64,000 nt of DNA from Candidatus Latescibacterota bacterium (lineage in GTDB: Bacteria; Latescibacterota; UBA2968; UBA8231), in assembly GCA_965204725.1 (NCBI GenBank), contig OZ242005.1:4896001-4960000 (forward strand). The letters are read 5' to 3'. Positions 56,558 to 64,000 of this stretch are shown here, piece by piece. Each line of letters opens with the position of its first letter. Position 1 is the stretch's first letter. The translations under genes and the position numbers were made by a program. The notes under the pieces were generated by a model. That model ran no database searches. It was not told where the DNA came from and saw only the letters and a list, made by a program, of their open reading frames with translations.

Positions 56558-56585
56558 AAGATAAGGTGGTCATTTCCAATGTCAA
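56558..56585 (-). promoter_or_regulatory. Putative sigma70 promoter facing the Mrr/YWTD genes
   Basis: Minus strand TTGACA-N16-TATCTT. Confidence 0.5.
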
Positions 56586-56597
56586 TAATTTTCTCGT

Positions 56598-56631
56598 AAA
56601 AAAAGCCGCCTACTCTCGAAAGCGGGCGGCT
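56598..56631 (-). terminator. Terminator-like hairpin
   Basis: AGCCGCC stem pairing with GGCGGCT, followed by a run of T on the minus strand. Confidence 0.55.
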
Positions 56632-56852
56632 CAGAAAAACAGCTTCTTTATATATTGTATATAGACTATCTAAATCGCATAGCTGCTGGCCGTATAGGTC
56701 GCGGTTTGCCGAGGTTCCATTTCTGTCACTTGCGCTGATCAAGCACAAGGTTCGTCCCACATCTCAAACCATTTAGCGGTCCCGCAAACCAATCGCTTTT
56801 CACTAGCACGGCACTCACCTAAAGACGGGGCCGCACGTAGCGATGCAGCGGC

Positions 56853-56881
56853 TTGACAGCTATACGTATGTTCAGTATATT
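56853..56881 (+). promoter_or_regulatory. Sigma70 promoter of the nucleotidyltransferase-uvrA operon
   Basis: TTGACA-N17-TATATT, near consensus, 38 bp before ATG 56920. Confidence 0.7.
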
Positions 56882-56919
56882 TTGTGCCGCTCACACGTTG
56901 ATTTCCGCACAGGAACGCC

Positions 56920-57858
56920 ATGTCCCAGTCTCAGCAGGTCGTCCAAGAGCGCTATCGCCGAGCGCTCGACGCCTTGACCCAAAAGCTCCAACAAGACCGC
57001 ACGGTCTTGGCCGCCATCGTCTATGGCTCATACTCGTACGACCAAGTTTGGGAGAAGTCCGACATCGACTTGTGGATCGTCATGGCCGACGACCCCAAGG
57101 TGCGGCACTACAAGGACCACTGCCTCACCGAACAAGGCGTCATCATCCACGCCAACCTCATCCCGCGAAAGCGGTTCCAGTTGAACATAGAAGGATCGCG
57201 CCAAGGCGGTTGGCTCGACTTTACCTTCGCGCACAGCAAACTCCTCTTCTCCAAGGACGAATCCATTGCCGCATGGTACAAAGACGCCGAGCGCATCGGG
57301 GCACGCGACCGCGACTACCAGTTGCTCAGGCGCGCCCTCTCCCTGTTGGCCACCTTCAACAAAGCCCAGAAGTGGTATCAGGTGAAGAAGGACTACAACT
57401 ACAGCTTCCTGTGGCTGCTCAACGTGGCCGACCAACTCGCCAGCGTCGAGTGCATACTCAACGGCCAAGCCCCGGGCCGCGAGGTCATTCACCAAGCCCT
57501 CGCCTTTAATCCCGAGTTCTTCAACGCCATCTATACGGAGCTCATCGCCGCCAAAAAGAACGCCCGCACCCTCGCGGCGGCCCTCCAGCACGTAGAGACC
57601 TACCTCGACGACCACCTCTGGGACTTGTTCCAGCCCCTACTCAACTATTTGGCGGAGGCCGAGGCCATGCGCACCGTGTCGGAAATAGAGGAACACTTCA
57701 AAATGGAAGGCGCGGACTTCGCCTGCGAGTGGTTGGTTGAAAAAGGCTTGTTGCAAAAGATGTCGGCGCCGTTGCGCCTCACCGAAAAGAGCCGCACCGA
57801 GCTACAGGAAGCGGCCTATCACTACGATGGCGACGGGTCCGATTGGGGCCTGCACTAA
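56920..57858 (+). CDS. Pol-beta-fold nucleotidyltransferase domain protein with helical C-terminal domains (KNTase/YgxA-like)
   Basis: [26 protein letters not shown] (GS...DxD motif). Confidence 0.78.
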   Translation: MSQSQQVVQERYRRALDALTQKLQQDRTVLAAIVYGSYSYDQVWEKSDIDLWIVMADDPKVRHYKDHCLTEQGVIIHANLIPRKRFQLNIEGSRQGGWLDFTFAHSKLLFSKDESIAAWYKDAERIGARDRDYQLLRRALSLLATFNKAQKWYQVKKDYNYSFLWLLNVADQLASVECILNGQAPGREVIHQALAFNPEFFNAIYTELIAAKKNARTLAAALQHVETYLDDHLWDLFQPLLNYLAEAEAMRTVSEIEEHFKMEGADFACEWLVEKGLLQKMSAPLRLTEKSRTELQEAAYHYDGDGSDWGLH

Positions 57859-57868
57859 CGAGGTTATT

Positions 57869-60742
<2,874 letters not shown>

Positions 60743-60744
60743 GC

Positions 60745-61260
60745 TCAAGTTTCGGCCAATCGCGGCATCAGATCGACGAGGTTACAGGGCTGGTTGGTGG
60801 AGTCTAACTGCGGCCCGATGAGCTTGTCCCAGCCGGTGGCGCACGCCCCGGAGGAGCCGGGCAGGCAGAAGATGTAAGTGCCGTTGGCAACGCCGGCTAC
60901 ACAGCGCGACTGCAAGGTCGCAGTGCCGATCTCCTCGTAGGAAAGCACGCGAAAAACCTCGCCAAAGCCTTCGATTTCCTTGTCAAAGAGTACGCTGACG
61001 GCCTCGGGCGTCCCGTCGCGGCCGGTGAGGCCGGTGCCGCCGGTGGTGATGATGGCTTGGACGCGGGGCTCGGCGATCCACTGCGAGACTTGGGCGCGGA
61101 GCTGATAGATGTCGTCGGGCCGGATTTGCTTTTCGTGCAAGATGTGGCCAACCGCTTCGAGGCGTTCGACCAGCAGCTTGCCGGACTTGTCGGTTGCTTC
61201 GTCGCGGGTGTCGGAGACCGTGAGCACGGCGATGCACACGGGGGTGCGGTCTTGGGTCAT
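60745..61260 (-). CDS. moaB: Molybdenum cofactor biosynthesis protein B
   Basis: IAVLTVSDTR...DKSG, TTGGTG.TGRDGTPEA, GFGE.FR, LPGSSGAC, PCN. Confidence 0.93.
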   Translation of the reverse strand: MTQDRTPVCIAVLTVSDTRDEATDKSGKLLVERLEAVGHILHEKQIRPDDIYQLRAQVSQWIAEPRVQAIITTGGTGLTGRDGTPEAVSVLFDKEIEGFGEVFRVLSYEEIGTATLQSRCVAGVANGTYIFCLPGSSGACATGWDKLIGPQLDSTNQPCNLVDLMPRLAET

Positions 61261-62093
61261 GGTGTACCTTTCGGTGAAGGGGCGATGAGTTCGATTTGGT
61301 AGAGCTTGGGCCACCACTTGCCGGTGACGAAGAGCCGCTCGCCCTCGGGGTCGTAGGCGATTCCATTGAGCACCTCGGCGTTGGAGCTGCGCCGGTCCTC
61401 GGCACTTAACAGCCCAGTCAGATCTACCCAGCCCGCAACTTGGCCGCTCGTCGGGTCGATGCGGGCAATGGTGTCGGTCTGCCAGATATTGGCAAAGACC
61501 TCGCCGGCGATCCATTCCAGTTCGTTGAGCCGAGATACGGGGCGGCCTTGGGCCACCACCGCGACCCGGCCCACCTCGGCAAAGGTAAATGGATCGCGGA
61601 AGTACAGGGTCGCGCTGCCATCGCTCATGATGAGTAGTTCGCCATCGGACGTCAGCCCCCAGCCCTCGGTGGGATACGCGAATTCCGCTAGCGGCGCGAA
61701 GGAATCGAGACGATAGGCAAAGCCCTTGTTGGCCCGCCAAGTTAGCTGGAGAAGGCGATTGCCGAAGAGGGCGAGTCCCTCGGCGAAGAAGCGGCCGTCT
61801 AGCGAGTGAAGCTGCACGATGGCCCCTGTTTCGAGCGCGACCTTGCGCAGGGACGACTGACCGTACTGGCCGGTGCTTTCGTAGAGAAAGCCATCGTCGT
61901 AGAGCAGCCCTTGGGTAAAGGCATCGGGGTCGTGCGGAAAGGCGCGGGCGACTCGGTAGGAATACGTGGGAATTTCAGCGGGCGGTTGCGGCTGGAGGGC
62001 AGCGGGTTTCGTGCCGTCGTCAGCCGGAGCCAGACAACTGGCATGGGTCGCCAAGAACAAAGCGATGGCAATGGACTGTACCTCGCGGATCAT
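61257..62093 (-). CDS. Glutaminyl-peptide cyclotransferase (type I QC, beta-propeller), secreted
   Basis: PHDPDAFTQGL, YESTG.YG.S, FAEGL, QLTW, EGWGL, SDGS, LNELE, VLNGIAY, VTGK.WP. Confidence 0.93.
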   Translation of the reverse strand: MIREVQSIAIALFLATHASCLAPADDGTKPAALQPQPPAEIPTYSYRVARAFPHDPDAFTQGLLYDDGFLYESTGQYGQSSLRKVALETGAIVQLHSLDGRFFAEGLALFGNRLLQLTWRANKGFAYRLDSFAPLAEFAYPTEGWGLTSDGELLIMSDGSATLYFRDPFTFAEVGRVAVVAQGRPVSRLNELEWIAGEVFANIWQTDTIARIDPTSGQVAGWVDLTGLLSAEDRRSSNAEVLNGIAYDPEGERLFVTGKWWPKLYQIELIAPSPKGTP

Positions 62094-62358
62094 GTAGGGT
62101 AAAATACGGGGCGCGGTAGAGAGAGCAAGACGCGAGCGGTTTGCTTGTCGGGGGGTGAGGCGTCGGTTAGAATTACGCAGGGAAAACGAGGTATTGGAGC
62201 CGGAGGCAAATGACAGAACCGCAATTCGACATTCCTAACCACCCCCGCCAGGCTTATCGGGCCGTTACACAAATTCAATCATAAATCACCTGACGAGCTT
62301 GGCTGAACCTACTCCTCAGAGATGAAATTATCGCAATATAAGCCTACCAAGAGGCCGT

Positions 62359-64000
62359 ATGACCGTTTCTACCGATGAACTCCAAATTTGGATGAATGCC
62401 AAGGAAGACGAGCATCTGGAGTTCAAAGAGGCAAAAGCTAACTTTCACTTTGAGACCTTGGTGAAGTACTGCGTCGCCCTCGCCAATGAAGGCGGTGGAA
62501 GGATGATCCTCGGCGTAACGGACAAGCTGCCGCGCACGGTGGTTGGTAGCCGAGCTTTTCCCAATCTCGAACGGACGAAGGCCGGCCTGATTGAGCGACT
62601 GCGGTTGCGCGTTGAGGTCGAGGAAATTCAGCACCCAAACGGTCGGGTTCTGGTCTTTCAAATCCCCACTCGTCCGATTGGTGTGCCTATGCAGTATGAA
62701 GGCGCGTATTGGATGCGCGGTGGAGAGGCCCTTGTTCCCATGACGCCAGATCAACTCCAGCGCATTTTTGCCGAGGCCAGCCCGGATTTCTCGTCTGAGA
62801 TTTGTACGCCCGCTCAATTAGACGATCTCGACCCAACTGCCGTGGATGTTCTGCGTAGGCTCTGGCAGCATAAGGCACCCGAGCAAGACATCTCGACCCG
62901 TCCCGTAGAGCAACTCTTGGCAGATGCGGAATTGCTCGTCGATGGCGAGGTGACATACGCGGCGCTGATCCTCCTGGGTACGCGCAAAGCCTTGGGCAAA
63001 TACCTCGCCCAAGCAGAGCTTATTTTTGAATACCGTTCTAATGAAGTGCCAGGACCAGCGGCGGAACGACATGAATTCAGACAAGGCTTTCTTCCTGTAC
63101 TCGACGAGATCTGGCGACTTATCAACCAGCGCAATGATCTGCAACACTTTCAGCAGGGATTCTTTATTTGGGACGTGCCGACGTTCAACGAGCGCGTGGT
63201 TCGCGAGGCTGTCTTGAACGCAGCCAGTCACCGCGATTATCGCCACGGAGGCTCCATCTTCGTGCGCCAGTATCCTCGACGCATCGAGATCGTCAGCCCC
63301 GGTGGATTTCCAGCCGGTATCACCCCTGAGAACATCCTTCGGCAACAAAATCCGCGCAATCGCCGTATCGCCGAAGTCCTCGGCAAGTGCGGCTTGGTCG
63401 AGCGAGCCGGACAGGGGTTTGACCGCATCTTTCGCGAGTGCATTCAGCAGAGTAAGCCGTTGCCCAACTTTGCCCACACAGATGCTCACTCCGTATGGCT
63501 CACGCTACACGGCGATATTCAAGACCCGGAATTCCTGCGTTTTCTGGAGGAGATTGGGCGGGAACAAGTGGCCGCATTCAGCCTTGACGATTTGCTAGTG
63601 GTCGATTTCGTCCACCGCGAGCAGCCTGTTTCCGACGACCTTAAACCGAGGGTTGAGCATTTGCTGGAACAGGGCATCATTGAGCGCGTGGGACGCGGGC
63701 GGGGTGTGCGGCTGCTGCTGTCTCGGCAGTTTTACCGGCACCTCGGTAAGGCCGGGGTCTATACGCGCAAGCGCGGATTGGACCGCGAGACCAACAAGGA
63801 GTTGCTGCTGAAGCATATTCAAGATAATCGGAAAGAAGGGAGCCAGTTGCGGGAACTGAGGCAGGTACTACCGGCGCTTTCGCGGGATCAAGTGCAGAGT
63901 TTGCTTCGGGGTTTGAAGATCGAGGGGCGCATATATAAAGTTGGAACCACTAGGGCCGCTCGCTGGTATCCAGGGAGACCTCCATTTGGAGTTGCGTCAA
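62359..64000 (+). CDS. AlbA_2 (Schlafen-like) domain ATP-binding protein with HATPase_c_4/RecG-C and wHTH; 3' end outside window
   Basis: Own translation from ATG 62359: MTVSTDELQIWMNAKEDEHLEFKEAK...ALANEGGGRMILGVTD...REAVLNAASHRDY...IEIVSPGGF...RNRRIAE...VERAGQG; no stop seen before the window end, so absent from the ORF track. Confidence 0.9.
   Translation, partial: MTVSTDELQIWMNAKEDEHLEFKEAKANFHFETLVKYCVALANEGGGRMILGVTDKLPRTVVGSRAFPNLERTKAGLIERLRLRVEVEEIQHPNGRVLVFQIPTRPIGVPMQYEGAYWMRGGEALVPMTPDQLQRIFAEASPDFSSEICTPAQLDDLDPTAVDVLRRLWQHKAPEQDISTRPVEQLLADAELLVDGEVTYAALILLGTRKALGKYLAQAELIFEYRSNEVPGPAAERHEFRQGFLPVLDEIWRLINQRNDLQHFQQGFFIWDVPTFNERVVREAVLNAASHRDYRHGGSIFVRQYPRRIEIVSPGGFPAGITPENILRQQNPRNRRIAEVLGKCGLVERAGQGFDRIFRECIQQSKPLPNFAHTDAHSVWLTLHGDIQDPEFLRFLEEIGREQVAAFSLDDLLVVDFVHREQPVSDDLKPRVEHLLEQGIIERVGRGRGVRLLLSRQFYRHLGKAGVYTRKRGLDRETNKELLLKHIQDNRKEGSQLRELRQVLPALSRDQVQSLLRGLKIEGRIYKVGTTRAARWYPGRPPFGVAS

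Noticed and set aside
56433-56850. Riboswitch or sRNA (e.g. c-di-GMP-I) in the long intergenic region
   Set aside because: Only isolated GCAAACC words, and the rest of the consensus was not found; an Rfam/Infernal search would be needed.
61261-61740. N-terminal extension of moaB in the 331-aa ORF
   Set aside because: Overlaps the glutaminyl cyclase gene in another frame; MoaB similarity starts at 61260.
62344-63822. Minus-strand ORFs of 157, 223, 106 and 75 aa
   Set aside because: Antisense to the AlbA_2 ATP-binding gene on the + strand.

Overview
GC-rich bacterial chromosomal segment. The gene content suggests an FCB-group marine or sponge-associated bacterium (inference): several secreted proteins with the 'NYPNPFNP' FlgD-Ig/T9SS-like domain, FG-GAP and YWTD repeat proteins, three PhyH dioxygenases and many sugar oxidoreductases. 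About 50 CDS, mostly catabolic or housekeeping (prpD, pheA, pnuC, sat, ettA, uvrA-like, moaB, a sugar ABC transporter), are interspersed with defence-like genes. These include a C5 methyltransferase with an HNH nuclease broken by an IS5-family element, an Mrr-like nuclease, two AAA ATPases and an AlbA_2/Schlafen-like ATP-binding protein that runs off the right edge and is missing from the ORF track. No rRNA, tRNA, CRISPR array or integrase was recognised. The top observation is that the two ends of the R-M island (41717-41728 and 44725-44735) reappear joined head-to-tail around a 4-nt spacer upstream of the Mrr-like gene (56369-56395). Weaker copies lie at the Mrr stop codon and upstream of the AlbA gene, hinting at an undescribed site-specific cassette system for defence genes. 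Other highlights are a 30-bp inverted repeat around the YWTD+Mrr block, a duplicated coiled-coil cassette bracketing a giant surface-protein gene with an in-frame G11 tract, and an apparently exported RidA/PLP-enzyme/glycosylasparaginase trio. All calls are by eye, without searches or computation.
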